From the NCBI GenBank assembly GCA_951406725.2, contig OX597823.1:102362001-102426000 (forward strand): a stretch of DNA of 64,000 nucleotides, read 5' to 3'. The stretch is from Octopus vulgaris. Taxonomy: Eukaryota. The notes below the pieces were generated by a model, which saw only the letters and a list, made by a program, of their open reading frames with translations, had not been told where the DNA came from and searched no databases. A program made the translations under genes and the position numbers. Of the stretch, positions 12,208-27,258 are shown piece after piece (the stretch's first letter is position 1; every line of letters starts with the position of its first letter).

Positions 12208-13542
12208 TCTCTATATATAAAACTGAAATGCGTTTGTTTGTTTGTTTGTTTGACTCGACCGCTTGGATCACTTTCAAGGCCACTACATCCCGTCAGATTG
12301 ACTCCAAAATTTACAGGGACATGTAAAATGAGGTGACGATGCCCGTGGGCTACGTTAGAAATCCCTATCTTAAAAGGTGTCGTTGCTAGGGCCAAAAACC
12401 CACTTTGACAAGTCCACTCTCAGTCTTTTATGTATCTGTCTTCCTCACTCACTTTCTATATATAACGTCAATTCGTCAAATGACATTCATAAGCACTTTC
12501 ACACTCTCTCTCTCTACACGTCTGTCTGCATTCATACAGACAATTATCATCGCCACCACCACCACACAGGTTTGGGTGGCCGCACAGCTAGAGTTAGACA
12601 ACAGTTAATAACATTTGATGTTGATAATGCCTGGATTGTTCCATTCAACCCTTTGCTTTCCAAAACATTTAATGCACACATTAATGTTGAGTACTGCAGT
12701 TCGGTAAGATGCATACAATACCTCTGCAAGTACATTAATAAGGGCGATGATATGGCCGTGTTTGTGTTCAGTGATGAAGACCTTAGATATGACAAAATTA
12801 AACAATTCGTTTTGGGTAGGTATGTATCCTCCAATTATGCAGCGTGGCACATTTTTCGATACGAGATTCATCTAAGCTCACCATCAGTTTTCCACCTGAA
12901 TGTTCATTTACAGAAGAGACAGCTGGTTTACTTCACAGAGAAAAATGCACGTCAAGTCATTGAAAATCCAAAAGGGACTACGCTTACAACGTTTTTTAAA
13001 TTGTGTTCAGTTGATGAGTTTGCTGCTACTCTCATTTACCCTGAAGTACCGGAATATTACACATACAACAACAATAATTGGAAGTGCAGGTCACATGGAA
13101 CAGAACTTGACAATTGGCCCGGTGTTTCTAGGAAGAACGTCATTGGGCATGTGTATAATATTCATCCTACCAAACAGGAAATCTTCTTTTTGAAAATGCT
13201 GCTTCATGTAGTTACTGGACCGAAGTCTTTTGCTGATCTTCGCACGGTTGATGGTATCATCTGCGCCACTTACAGGGAAGCATGTTTGAGGCGCAGACTA
13301 CTTCTCAATGATGACCACTTACACAGGACATTAGCAGAGGCCTCAAAATGAAATTAGTTTATATATATGTGTGTGTATGTGTGTGTATCTATATATAAAT
13401 ATGTATATATAATGTATATATACAAAGTGTATATATCTGTATTTATTTATTTATTTATATATATATATATATATAATTTGTATACATTTATATATATATA
13501 CCACACTCTTACCCGCACGTAGAGCAGGTCACCTTCAGCTAG
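12208..13542 (+). mobile_element. Helitron with internal deletion that retains part of RepHel
   Basis: A|TCTCTATATATAAAACTG start; 3' hairpin ACCCGC..GCAGGT, then CTAG|T; internal RepHel-like ORF. Confidence 0.9.
12570..13351 (+). pseudogene. Helitron RepHel fragment (end of Rep domain and linker)
   Basis: VDNAWIVPFNPLLSKTFNAHINVEYC...YLCKYINKG (Rep catalytic YxxKY), GRYVSS..AAWHIF, LLHVVTGPKSFADLRTVDG...TYREAC; ends before the helicase motifs. Confidence 0.9.
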
Positions 13543-13800
13543 TCTATATATATAAAGATGAGAATGTCTGTCTGTCTGTCTGTGTCAATCCCTAAAACTT
13601 GAGAACTACACAAATAATTTCATTCAAATTTTACACATGCATTACTTAGGGTCCATGTAGTGTCATAGGCCAAAAGAAATTTTTAACTTCTTGCCTAGTG
13701 CGAGCCCAGAAGCAATATCATAACATCTCTCTATTGTAATGTCAGATATTTTCACTTTAATAGTTTCACTTTAATACTGAAACTATTAAGTGGAACTATT
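13543..13800 (+). mobile_element. Second Helitron 5' end abutting the CTAG of the previous element
   Basis: TCTATATATATAAAGATGAG then (TCTG)n; no 3' CTAG end recognised. Confidence 0.65.
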
Positions 13801-13846
13801 ATCTCACATATATACAGGCATACATACATATATTCATACATACATC

Positions 13847-13985
<139 letters not shown>

Positions 13986-14374
13986 TCTGCACAAATGTAT
14001 ATATATAGATGTATTATAGATGTATATATATATACATGTATATATATATAGATGTATATATATAGATGTATATGTATAGCTGTATATGTATAGCTGTATA
14101 TGTATAGATGTATATATATATAGATGTACATGTAATATGCACACATATATATACACATGTATATATGCATACATATATACACTTACACAAACATACACGC
14201 ACACACATACATAGGTGCAGGTATGGCTATGTTGTAACAAACTAGGTTCCAAAATACATGGTCCTGGGTTCAGTCCCACTGTGTGGTGACTTGGCATGAG
14301 TCTTCTGCTATAGGCTCAGACTAACCAAAGCCTTGTCAGTGGATTTCGTAGACAGAAACAGAAAGAAATCAATC

Positions 14375-14425
<51 letters not shown>

Positions 14426-14641
14426 TATGTAAGTGTATGTATGTGTCTTTGCCTCTGTGTTTCTCCCTCATCACTGCTTCACAAATGCTGTTCGTTTATT
14501 TACATCTCCATAACTTACTGGTTTGACAAGAAGAAAGAAACTGATAGAATAGGTACCAGGCTTATCAAAATAAAAAAAAGCACTAGGCAGTGTCTCATAT
14601 TTTTGTTTGCCTATTCAGTTGTATCTATCAATCTATCTTTT

Positions 14642-14704
<63 letters not shown>

Positions 14705-14748
14705 GTTATACACACACATATACATGTATGTATATGTGCACATTCAAA

Positions 14749-16406
14749 TTTATTATATAAAAGTCAATGTCTTTATGTGTGTTTGTGTGTTACTTATACA
14801 TTCGAAAACTGCTGCACTGATCCTAATGAAATCTGGAACACAAAATCCAAGCCTAGAGAGAAGGGTAATGCTGTGTGTTTCATACAATTGCATGGATCAA
14901 AATTACTGAATGGATCCTTATGATATTTGAAACTTAGACTCAATGCATAAGGGTGGGTATAATGCAATATGTTTGGTTTGAATTTGAGATGGCTTAAAGG
15001 GAACAGAACCCCCATGAAAATTCATAAATTTTCGATGTTGATGAAATTTCAACCATGGGTAATTGACACACATCAAGAAGTATTCTCAAAGTTTCCACTT
15101 CTCAGAGGATTCTAAGACCCCCTAATGGGGGCCTTAACCACCAAATTTTAGTCATGTTTTTATGATCCAAAACTAAGTCAAAAGTACTGAATGGATCTTT
15201 ATGAAATTTGGAAATTATATTCTATGCATAAGGGCCATAACCCCCATGAAAATTCATATATTTTTGCTGTTGATGAAATTTTAACCATAGATATTAGACA
15301 CAAATGAAGTAATATTTCTAAAATTTCATCTTAGAAGTTACAAAGACTTCATGGGGACTTAACACCCACAATTTAGTCATTTTATCTAAGCAAAGATGAA
15401 TACAGTTGTATTCTTAGAAACTGTAGGGTCACCCAAGCATAAAAGATGAGCATTATTTGTAATTCAGCAGAACTACAGTGTAAGAGTTTGCTTTGAGATA
15501 TACTTAGATTGTGATTTCTGCAATGTGGTGCATAAATTGTCAAGTAAATGAGAGACATCTTTGCCTCCACTGATTCTGTTACAAAGTGTTGAGTAAAGTT
15601 ATTTGGTTGCAGACCTCCTTTCAGTCTTTTTATTATCACTGGGTCACACATAGTCCCCAGATGGTAACATTGATTTCAAAGCCTTCCCAGATGAGTGACT
15701 GGTTATTCAAAGACATTTATAGATTGTAAATTTATTCTGTCCAGTTACATATCAGTATAGTGGTCATTTGCAAACTCCAGTGGTGACACTTTCTTTTCTC
15801 CTTAGCCCTCATGTCACACAGTTGTTAATGTTTATTTCAGTTGGGTCACACCCTTCCAATTGCTATAGATTCGTAATGCATCTTACAGCTGAGGAATCCT
15901 ATATTGGGAGTGGTAACGACTAGGGTAGGGTAGCTGACTGCTTATTGTGATCATTTGTCTTTTGGTTTCCTGTAGCTTTGCTCTCTTTTACAAACCCAGT
16001 GAACATATATTTCCTTTTTCAAAGAAATTCAAACAGTAGATATAAGGCCCAAGTTAAAAAGATTCTCAACAATTCAACTTCTCTAGTTGACATTAAGATA
16101 CCCACCCCCAATAGGGGCTGTAACTCTCACATTTTTGAGCTCCATGACCTCCATTTTTGAGGAGCAAATTCCTTTTAACAGATTCTATAAGACTGAAATT
16201 TTGGAATCTGCACATAAAGATCAGTAGTATTGGATAAATGTATCATGATTACAATTTTTTAGGGTGTGTACAGAGAGAAAGAACCCTCATCTGCAATTTT
16301 GATGAAATTCGAACCATAGGTATTCCAGTTCATTAGAGAAAATATAACAGAAAAGTCTAATTCTTCAATTGCATGTAACACGAGCAACACCGGGTATCTT
16401 TGCTAG
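14749..16406 (+). mobile_element. Non-autonomous Helitron with internal subrepeats
   Basis: Degenerate 5' end TTTATTATATAAAAG; diverged direct repeats at ~14903-15175, ~15185-15380 and ~16190-16330; 3' end CGAGCAACACCGGGTATCTTTGCTAG|T. Confidence 0.72.
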
Positions 16407-16804
16407 TATATATATATATATATATATATATGGGCACGTAACAAACACCATCCGATCGTGGCCGTTTGCCAGCCTCATCTGGCACCTGTGTCGGTGGCAC
16501 ATAAAAACACCATCCGAGCGTGGCCGTCTGCCAGCCTCGTCTGGCACCTGTGTCGGTGGCACATAAAAAACACCATCCGAGCGTGGCCGTTTGCCAGCCT
16601 CGTCTGGCACCTGTGTCGGTGGCACATAAAATCACCCACTACACTCTCGGAGTGGTTGGCGTTAGGAAGGGCATCCAGCTGTAGAAACACTGCCAGATCT
16701 GACTGGACTGGTGCAGCTTTCGGGCTCCCCAGACCCCAGTTGAACCGTCCAACCCATGCTAGCATGGAAAGCGGACGTTAAATGATGATGATGATGATGA
16801 TGAT

Positions 16805-16870
<66 letters not shown>

Positions 16871-17331
16871 GTAGGTTGTTTGTTATGTCTGGTCTGAGAG
16901 TGACCATTGGTTTCACACTTACAAGGCGCTTTGCTATATAAGTCAGTTGTCAAACTCAAAATGGCTGGAGTTACTTAACCTCTTTGCAATTGGAAAGAGG
17001 AAAACATCACAGTCTGTCAATTTAGTAAACAAAAAAAAATAAGACAGTTTCCACCTATCAAGTCCACTTACAAGACTTTGGTTCGCCTGGAGCAATAGTA
17101 GAAAGTACTTGCCCTTGATACAGCATGGCGGGACTGAACTCAAGACCACATGGTTAATAAGCAAGCTTTTCAAGCATGCAATATATAAAATTACGGAGAT
17201 GTACTTGCATAGCAAGTGACTTGATCTGAGATCGTGTGCTGGAACGTAAACAATTGCAGCGTGGAAGGTGTTTATAAGCCATTTAAGAAACACTCAAAAA
17301 CCATTAGATTCACTTCAACATTTAAATTTAA

Positions 17332-17382
17332 TTTGTCAAAATATTTTCATCACTTTGAGACCGCGACCTGTTCACTGACAAA
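17332..17382 (-). ncRNA. Type I hammerhead-like motif with G3:C8 core variant
   Basis: Minus strand UUUGUCA-GUGAACA-g-GUCGC(9 nt)GUGAU-GAAA-AUAUUU-UGACAAA: 7-bp stem I, 5-bp stem II, palindromic stem III. Confidence 0.55.
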
Positions 17383-17709
17383 ACTTTGGAGATGCATCTC
17401 TTGTGTTAATATATGAAATGCTACACAAAAAAATACATTGATTAACTTTCACTCTGAAGCATTAAGTGGCCAACCAAATTCCTGGGTGTAGTTATTTGAT
17501 ACTTGAGTGTGATTGACATCATAAATATTTCCAAGTGGTTTCCCTCTTTAGTCTCCAAGCAAAAGTTAACAACCGGTTCTCCTTTTTTAAAAGGATATTA
17601 ACAACCAGTTGGTGTGAAGTCAGACCAGTTCACCATTGTATTTATTACGTTTGAATGTGCAATCAAAGAAACAATATAAAAGTACTTAATGCAAACAAAT
17701 ACATGTTTA

Positions 17710-17776
17710 ATATGTGTGTGTATGTGTGTGTGTGTGTGTGTGTCTGTGTGCATGTATATATATATATGTATATATG

Positions 17777-17812
<36 letters not shown>

Positions 17813-17824
17813 TATGTATGTATA

Positions 17825-17881
<57 letters not shown>

Positions 17882-18281
17882 GTATATATATGTATATATA
17901 TATGTATATGTATATATATGTATATATGTATATATATGTATATATATATGTGTGTGTGTATATATATGTTTATATATATATATATATATATAAGTGTATA
18001 TGTGTGTATATATATATCTATAATATATATGTGTGTATAATATATGTATGTATATGTGTATATATATGTATGTATGTATATGTATGTATGTATATATGTA
18101 TATATATGTGTGAATATATATATATATGTATATGTGTTGTGTGTGTGTATTTATATGTATATATATATATATGTATGTATATATATATGTGTGTGTATGT
18201 ATATATACATACACACACATATATATATATATAAATGTGTGTGTATATATATATATATATATAAATATATATTAATATAAA

Positions 18282-18324
<43 letters not shown>

Positions 18325-18365
18325 TTTTATGTATATATATATTCATATGTATATATATATATTAA
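17710..18365. repeat. Complex (TA)/(TG) microsatellite
   Basis: Seen directly; generates the YI/CV-rich ORFs. Confidence 0.95.
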
Positions 18366-18861
18366 TTTATTATAAACTGATAATATATATATCCCTTCTT
18401 TTACACAGTCGCTTCACAATTACAATGGTTATATGATGAAAAAATATGCTAGCTCCATTATGATAAAGGAATATAACAAATCAAAAATATATACTTACAT
18501 AGAGTTATACACACACACTGGTGTGTTTGTGTATGTACATGTGCATGTGTGTGTGTGTGTGTGTGCGTGTGTGTGTGTGTGTGTGTATGTGTGTGTATGT
18601 AAACGTGCATGCCCAAATGCTTAGGGTGTTGCACTCACAATTGCAAAAAATCCTGATTTTGATTTCCAGACCATGTGATGCATTGCGTTCTTGAGCAAGA
18701 CACTTCCTTGCACATGTTACTCCCGATCACTCAGCTGTAAATTGGGTTACCCTATAACAGACTGGCAATCTTGTTCAGGAGTAATAATAGCCTGCCTGCA
18801 GGGTAGCATCATTCAAAACCTGTAACAATTCTTTCAATTGCATTAGTGTATACATATGTAT

Positions 18862-18904
<43 letters not shown>

Positions 18905-20781
18905 CCTCTCTTTCTATTTATTTGTTTTTCTTTCTTTCTTTCTTCTTCTTCTTCTTCTTCTTCTTCTTCCTCCTCCTCCTCCTCCTCCTATTCATGTAAT
19001 TTTCATACATGCTTGTTCCATGCTGGTATGAGTCAGGTGAGACTTCTTGAGACAGTATCCTATGGATGGGGAGCTCCTTCTTATACCAACCCTTGTTTTT
19101 AAGATCAGCTCAGAATGCCCTCACAAACTGCAGGACATAAGAAGAATCAACACTGGTTGCCCAAGTAGCATCAATGTAAATACACGTGGAGACAGATATG
19201 CATGCATGAGCCTCTTTTCCTTCACATGCATAAATAAAGTCTACCTCAAATCTCTTGGCTCACAAGACCAGAGCTTATCCAAGTTTGCAAAGTTTTTAAG
19301 GTGTGAGCATGATTCTCAAAGAACAGGATTCTACAATCCACATTAGAAATTAACTTGGCTGTTTAGTGTTTCAATGTGTAAGTTCATAACAGCATTTGCT
19401 GCATAACATTTTCTATTTTGATATTACCATATAAGGCAGTAAGCTGATGGAATAGTTAGGATGCTGGACAAAATGCTTCGCAGCTTTTCTTCCAGCTGTA
19501 AGTTTGACTTTGCCTTTCAGTCTTTCAGGATCGATAAAATAAAGTTAGAATTAAATATTGAGGCTGCTACTCTCACCTTGCTCTCTACAATCAGAATTGC
19601 TAGCCTTGTGCCAAAATCAGAAAGGATATTAGTGTATTTGATCACATAAAAGACACACAGGTATATTAGACATATCTGAATTTCAGCAGCACATGTTTAG
19701 GGATAAGAGCACTGGAGACTGTGTATCATTTAGGACCTGGGGTGAGTTTTTGAGATATATTTTGGAGAAAAAATGATTCATATATGCCATTATATTATTG
19801 AGTAGAATGCCTCATGGGATTTAAAGTTAACTTCATCTTTCATCCATTTTTGAGTTCCTAAAAAAAGTACCAATTCAGAACAGTGATTTGGTGGAACTGC
19901 TTAAAGGGTTTGTTAAGATGCTTTGCACTATCTGTTCTATTGCTGTGGATTCTCACAGCAATGCCGATGATGACACAGGTGCCAGGCTGTATCAGCCCAG
20001 TTCATCAGCTTTTTCCTAGGATATCATCAGTGTTATGGAGTGGTGATACTACATGTATGGGCAACTCCCAGGCTTCTTCAAAAAATCTTTCCCAGACTTG
20101 CATTTACAAGTCTAGATAAATGGTTAGATCTATCCAGCTGAGGCCCCTGTATTAAGTTGAGGTCAATAAAGTTTATTTGCTATGATATACAGTATATATA
20201 TATAGATCACTGTGTGTATATTGGGATCATTGACTGTATGTAATTGCATTTGTGTGTGTGTTGCTAAGTTTGAAAATGGAGAGATTCAATGGATATAAAT
20301 TAATTTATTAATTATTTATCATTGCCTACATACTTATAAACCAGTGTATCTTGGATAAAAATATCCCTATAAGAAGTCTAAATATCTTCAGAGTGACTAA
20401 TAAAAAACTAATTTATTGCATATGTAATATATGTATATATATATATATATATGTACATACACACATACATACATACATATATAATATATAAATATATGCA
20501 TATATACATACATATACATACATATATGTATATACCTACATATATATGTATATACACATGCATATATGGTTACAGGACATCAAAAAAACATTGAACACAA
20601 TGAGGAACGAAAACATAAAAACAAAAACTTAGAAACGAACTTTTTTCCGAACAACGAAAAAAAACAAACAGAGAAACAAAACATACAACATAAAGAATAT
20701 TCCCCTTCTTCAGTTGTCCCTGATATACACATATATATATATATACATACACACACACCCCATTTTGTTGCTTTGCCTCTC

Positions 20782-20850
<69 letters not shown>

Positions 20851-21496
20851 TTCATTGCTTCCACATCACATTACTTTAACCTAACATTGTATTTGTAATT
20901 CTGTGTGTGGTTGTTTGATGTCGTTTTACTTATCTACCTTCTTGTACCTCTTCATCCGCTTACACCTCAACACTTATTCAGTGTTCCATCTCCACACCTG
21001 ATGAATTCTTCAACTTCAGATTTACCTCTGATTTGTTCATTCTTGTATGAAATATCATCAAAGCAATTAACTTCATTACAGTCTACAATCCTCGTAGCAT
21101 ATTAACTTTACCATTCCTCCTAACTTTTATTTCAACTGTTTTTTCATCAACAGACTGGATTCCAGGTTTTGCACATTACATACACACATGCACACACACT
21201 TGCTTACAAGCACACACACATACACACTTGTATACCTCTCCAACACACATGCATATTAAAGAGCTTATGAACTTTCCTGCACACACACACACTCACACAC
21301 ACACACACACACACTCACACAGGCTTGCACATACATATGTGTAATTTCTTCAACATATACGTTAATCCACACAGTTTTCTACAGTTGCACAGATATATAC
21401 ACATACATACAGATACACCCTTCCTTTCACACACACACACACACGCATTACAGAATCTGCATACTTTCCTATAAGCAGCAATCAATAAATGTATAA

Positions 21497-21673
<177 letters not shown>

Positions 21674-22927
21674 TAAACTCTTTATCCTCTGCTGATGTGT
21701 AAGCGCAAGCATGATCAATGTGGCTTACAGGTTAGTTTCCCTGTCACATGCTTTTGGGCCACATTCCACAATGTGGCACCTTGAGCAAGTGTCTTCTACT
21801 ATATTCCCAAGCAAACATTAAATGACGGCGGCGGTGGTGGCGGCGACAATGTCGCAGCCACCGATGACGCCAACGACCATTTTGCCTGTCTTTATGTTTT
21901 GAGTTTAAATTCCACCAAGTTTGGATTTGCCTTTCATTCTTTCAGGGTCAATAAAATAATTACCAGTTGAATATTGGAGTTGGTGTAATTGACTATCGTC
22001 CTCTCCTGAAATTGCTAGCCCTGTACTAAAATTTGAAACCAATAATCAGTAATGCAAATATGGTGGTGAGCTGGCAGAATCATTAGCAGGCTTGGCAAAA
22101 TGCTTCGCAGTATTTCGTCCATCTTTATGTTCTGCGTTCAAATTTTGATGAGGTCGACTTTGCCTTTTATCCTTTTGGTGGGGTCAATAAAACAAGTACC
22201 AGTTGAACACTGATGGTGGGGCAGGGGTTAATGTAATTGATTTACATCTCCCCTAAATTGCTGGCCTTGTGCCAAAACTTGAAATCAGTAATTAGTAATG
22301 AAATAGTGATTCTAACTTATTGTAAAGAAGTAAAATATAATGTCTGAAACTAATTGTGTATTTCTCTTTTTTCTCTCATAAAACTAAAGTTGAAATATTT
22401 AGAATCAAGTAAATAGTTCATTTATCAACACCCACCCATCCCAGTTCTTACACCCGGAACAATTGTTACAATGATTATTGCTAAATGATTTTGCCCACAC
22501 CATTTTTTTTTTTATATATACTAACCCATTAATGCATGAAGTTTAATTTTTATTCTCCTGTTAATTGCAGTTAAATAATACGAGAAATAAATAGTATTGA
22601 TGAAAAAGAAATTCATAAAAAAGAGGACTGTACAATGGATTGTATTCATGAAAAGTTTAATTTAGAATTTAAATAAAATACTTTGCATTGTATGGCTCTG
22701 TGACTGTTACATTTTTTTGTTGGTTGGCGTAATGCAGTAAGGGCTAAACAAAAGAAAAAAGTTGTTAAAGAAAGCAGGCATGGCTGTGTGTTTTAGAAAG
22801 TTGCTTTGCAACCATGTGGTTATGGGTTCAGTTCTACTGTGTGACACCATGGGGTTTTTTTATAGCCTTTGGTTGGCCAAAGTTTTTGTGAGTGTATTAA
22901 GTTGACAGAAATTGTATGGAAGATCAT

Positions 22928-22959
<32 letters not shown>

Positions 22960-25820
22960 CACACACACAACACTGAACTATATATTTAACTAATAAAATG
23001 GTAGTCTGATTATTTCCACCTTTATTACAAGTTGATGAATTGGCCAAGTTGTTAGTGTTGATCAGAGTGTCTCATTTTGACTCACTGAGATGATCTGAGT
23101 TCAAATCCTACTGAGAAGGTCAACTTTGCCTTTTATCCTTTTAAGATGGATAAAAGCACTTGACTGATACCTACATGAGTTAACAGAAATGCAACTATGA
23201 GGCTGCTCAGCTTGCTAGAAATAGCACCCAAATATCTCTTTGAGCACATCATGCCATCTTATAAAAATATGCTGGAAAATGTGTTTTGGGGTTCCTAACA
23301 GAATTGTCATGGAGGAACAGCTTTGATCATTGTATGTTCAGTCAGGGCTTTCTGGGGCTAAACAGCAGCAACAACAACAACTGAGGCATTTCTATAACAA
23401 CTATAGGCAACCCTTTATGAGAAGTGAATCAAATGAGACATGGCTCATCGTCAGATGGGCTGCACTACGAAAAGAATTCAAAGTAATTTTTCATTAGGTA
23501 TGTCATCTAGAAAGTTCCATGTTCTGCAGTTTGTCCATGACTGTTCTACAAGGTCACTCAGTTTGCTAGAAATAGCAACCAAATCTTCAAATCACTCCCT
23601 ATTATAAAATAAAGAAAGACACACATGCATGTATATGTAAAGTGACATGAGGGTCACAGCTGAATACTTTTGGTTGTAAGTCTGCTCAACCAGGACTGAT
23701 CTGTGGTAAATCAACTACTGGTATTGTGCTGTTTTAGAGACTTCCAAAGGCTGAGAGACAAAGTCAGTCCCCACTTTCCATGGGATTTGAACTCTGCACC
23801 TGTCATTTGGCCTAGCACTCTACCAATTCTGCCATCTCCTGCCTTCCCACAGTTAATAACCTTATTCTACACATTATGTGTAGAAAATTCACTGACAACA
23901 ATTCACCAATGAGCAAGTGCCATTTTTAAAAAGACAAAAATATTGTGATTGTACTGAAAGTATAAAAAAGATTTGTCAAACTATGAGCTTTGTGAGTTTT
24001 TTGTTCTATATATAAGAAGCTTAACTCATAATATTTTATTTTTAGAAATACTTTCAAACCTTTATCAGTGTTTTGTATTTTTACAATGAAGATTTTTAGT
24101 AATAAGTATTTACTTTATAGATTTTTGTAACCATTTCCCACTCATATTTTGATTTTTCTCAGTTCAGTGAATTAGGTAAAAGTTTTTCTTATAAGGTCTA
24201 TGGAAAAATGTGAGTGAAGTGTCACAGGTTTTTATTGTTTTAGCTAATTGTTTTGTTGTTGCTTTTGTTTTTAGCCCTAGCTTAATTATAATTTCCTTTT
24301 ATGAAATCAGACATAGCAAATAACTCCCACATTAATTAATACATATTGAGGATGATGAGGATGTGTATTGTTAGAATCCTGAAAATGACGAACAAAAATG
24401 CTTTGCAATATTTAGTTACATCTGTTTGCATTCTGGATTCAAGTTTTGCCACAGTCGATTCGGTATATCTTTGAATTATTAATCGATGAATTACCAACAA
24501 GGAATTGAGATTCTAAAACCAGGGTGACACATAAAAAGCATTGATGTGGGTTCTGGTACCACATAAAAAATCACTGGTGCTAGTACCATGTAAAAAGCAG
24601 CAGTGATGGTGCCATGTGAAAAACACCCTGTAAAGTGTGTTGGTGCTAGGAAGGGCATCCAGCCATAGAATCCAAGCTAAAACATACTGCAGAACCTGGT
24701 GCAGGCCCCTGGCCTTGCCAGTTTCTGTCAAGTCATCCAACCCATGCCAGCATGGAAAATGATAACGATGAGCAAGTTTCTGTATGCCCCCCAAAAGAAC
24801 AAACAGAGGCATCTTTGGCCAATGTGTGGGACAATGTCTTCTGTATGAGGCAAGGGAAGAGTTATAAAATCATTTGCTTGATTTTTAGAACTAAAGGTGT
24901 CACGAGTGGGTGCATCACACTCCTATTCATGTACCGGTGCCGCAATATGCATGTTGATGCTTATTATCATTTATCCTCCACAAAAATCATGCTTGCATCA
25001 CAACATTAAGACAAACTAGGAAATCCACAGATCTTGAGCCACCCAACTCATCAGGAGTACCATAGTAAGTGTGCCTCTCTCCTCAGAGCTCCCCTGTCTA
25101 CAGGCACCAGTGTAAAGTAGGCCCACACGCTCAAGCCATCCACACTGCATTCACCCACCTTTCAACAAATTTACTGGGGGATGGTGGGAGGGTAGCACAT
25201 CCCTTGCAACCCTCGCCTTCCTTTTCATTAATAATAATAATAATAATAATATTAATAATAACAACAACAATAATAATAATTGGCATTGCCTGAATACTCT
25301 ATCTTTAGCTGTTCAGTAAACTACTTTTAGAATAATGAATTTATACTCTCACCTCCTTCTCCCTCCCTATCTCCCTTCCTCTCCCTCTATCACCTCCTCT
25401 CTCTCTCTTCCTCTTTCTCATCTTTCAATTCAATCTCAAACTTCATTCTTCTAACTAAATATTTTCAGTTAGTTATTGATCTACCTGCTTAATAAATCAT
25501 CTTCCAAAAGCATATCTAATTGGCATCTGTCAACTCCTGCAAGTTCTTCAAATTACAATCGTTCATCTCAGCCAATCAAAGACCATTTTCTTTTTATACA
25601 ACTAACCATTCTATAGCGCTTCTATTCAAAAGACAGCTTCTGTTTATTTTCTTAAATTCTTAGATCTCTTCTATGCAGCTCACCTTATAATGCCAGTAAT
25701 GTATAACTGCTTATATCGCATGACTTCTATAATGAGATGGTTTCATTTATCATCCACAATTTATTATCATTATTATTATTATTATTATCATTATTATTAT
25801 TATTATTATTATCATTATTA

Positions 25821-25885
<65 letters not shown>

Positions 25886-26232
25886 TTGCTTGTCCATTTT
25901 TTATTCCAGTGGAACTGACAACTTTATCCTAACTTTTGCATGCTCCAAGATCAATAATAATGTTGAATCAAAGAAATCCAATGGAAATTAGACCATTCAT
26001 TCAAAATTCTTCTGTCCAGGCCTGCTGCCAATACTTTACAGAAGAGAACCAGTATATTACTACTGCATACGACTTTATTACCGGTTCTTACCAGTAGCAT
26101 AATTACTGGTACTTAAATGTTCTGATAAAAACATCAGATTGGCAGTCATTGGGTATATGTTAAGAAAATTTGCTTCCCATCCACATGGTTCTGGGTTCAG
26201 TCCCACTGTGTGGCACCTTGAGTAAATGTCTT

Positions 26233-26310
<78 letters not shown>

Positions 26311-27258
26311 ATAAAATTTTTCCAAAAATTTTATCAATGACCAGCATATTAAAAATAACCTTCAGCAGTTAAATTTATAAACAATTTATAAATTGTATAT
26401 ACATATATTCTTTTACTTGTTTCAGTCATTTAACTGCAGCCAACCATGTTGGAGCACTGCCTTATACATATATATATAGACATATATATATATATATATT
26501 TATACATGCACACACACACGCACACACACACACAGGCACGCACACACACAGAAGTGTGTGTGTTTGTATTTGTCCTAAACTGCTGTTTGACAACTGGTGC
26601 TGGTTTGTTTGCATCCCCATAATTTAGTTGTTCAGCATAAGAGACTAGTAGAATAAGCCCTGGGGTCAATTTATTTAACAAAATAAAAAGCCTTTCAAGG
26701 AGGTGCCTCGACATGGCTTCAGTCCCACGACTGAAATATATAAAAACAAAATATAAAAGATGGTATTTGTTCTGATTTTGTGTTCTGAGTTCAAATTCCA
26801 TCAAGGTCAACTTTACCTTACAACTTTTTGGACTCTTAAAAAAAGCACTGATCCAGATCTATGGATTAGCAAAATTGTTACAGCATTGGAAGAGATGTCT
26901 TGCAATCTCTGTTCCATTTCTTTGTATTCTGATAACAAGGCTTGCACCAACACTGGTGTCAAACTGTATCAGTTCTAGCACGTCTTTTACACAATCTCAG
27001 TGATATGGTGAGGGAGATTTGCATGCATGGGCAACTGCTAGGCTTTCACAAAACACTTTGCCCAGGCTTCAGCTTACCATATTTTCTTTAATACAAGTCA
27101 AATTTTTCAGTCCAAAATTTATATCCAAATACAGTAAGTATACACCAAGACAACTTTGTGAAATGCAGCAGGATTTAGAAAGACAGTGACAATGTTTGAA
27201 TGTTTACACTACATACTTTGTCAACTTGTATGCAAGTGTAGATACATAGTCAATACCT

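Noticed and set aside
20990-21060. CTGATGA...hairpin...GAAATATCATC
   Set aside because: No stem I or stem III complementarity could be established.
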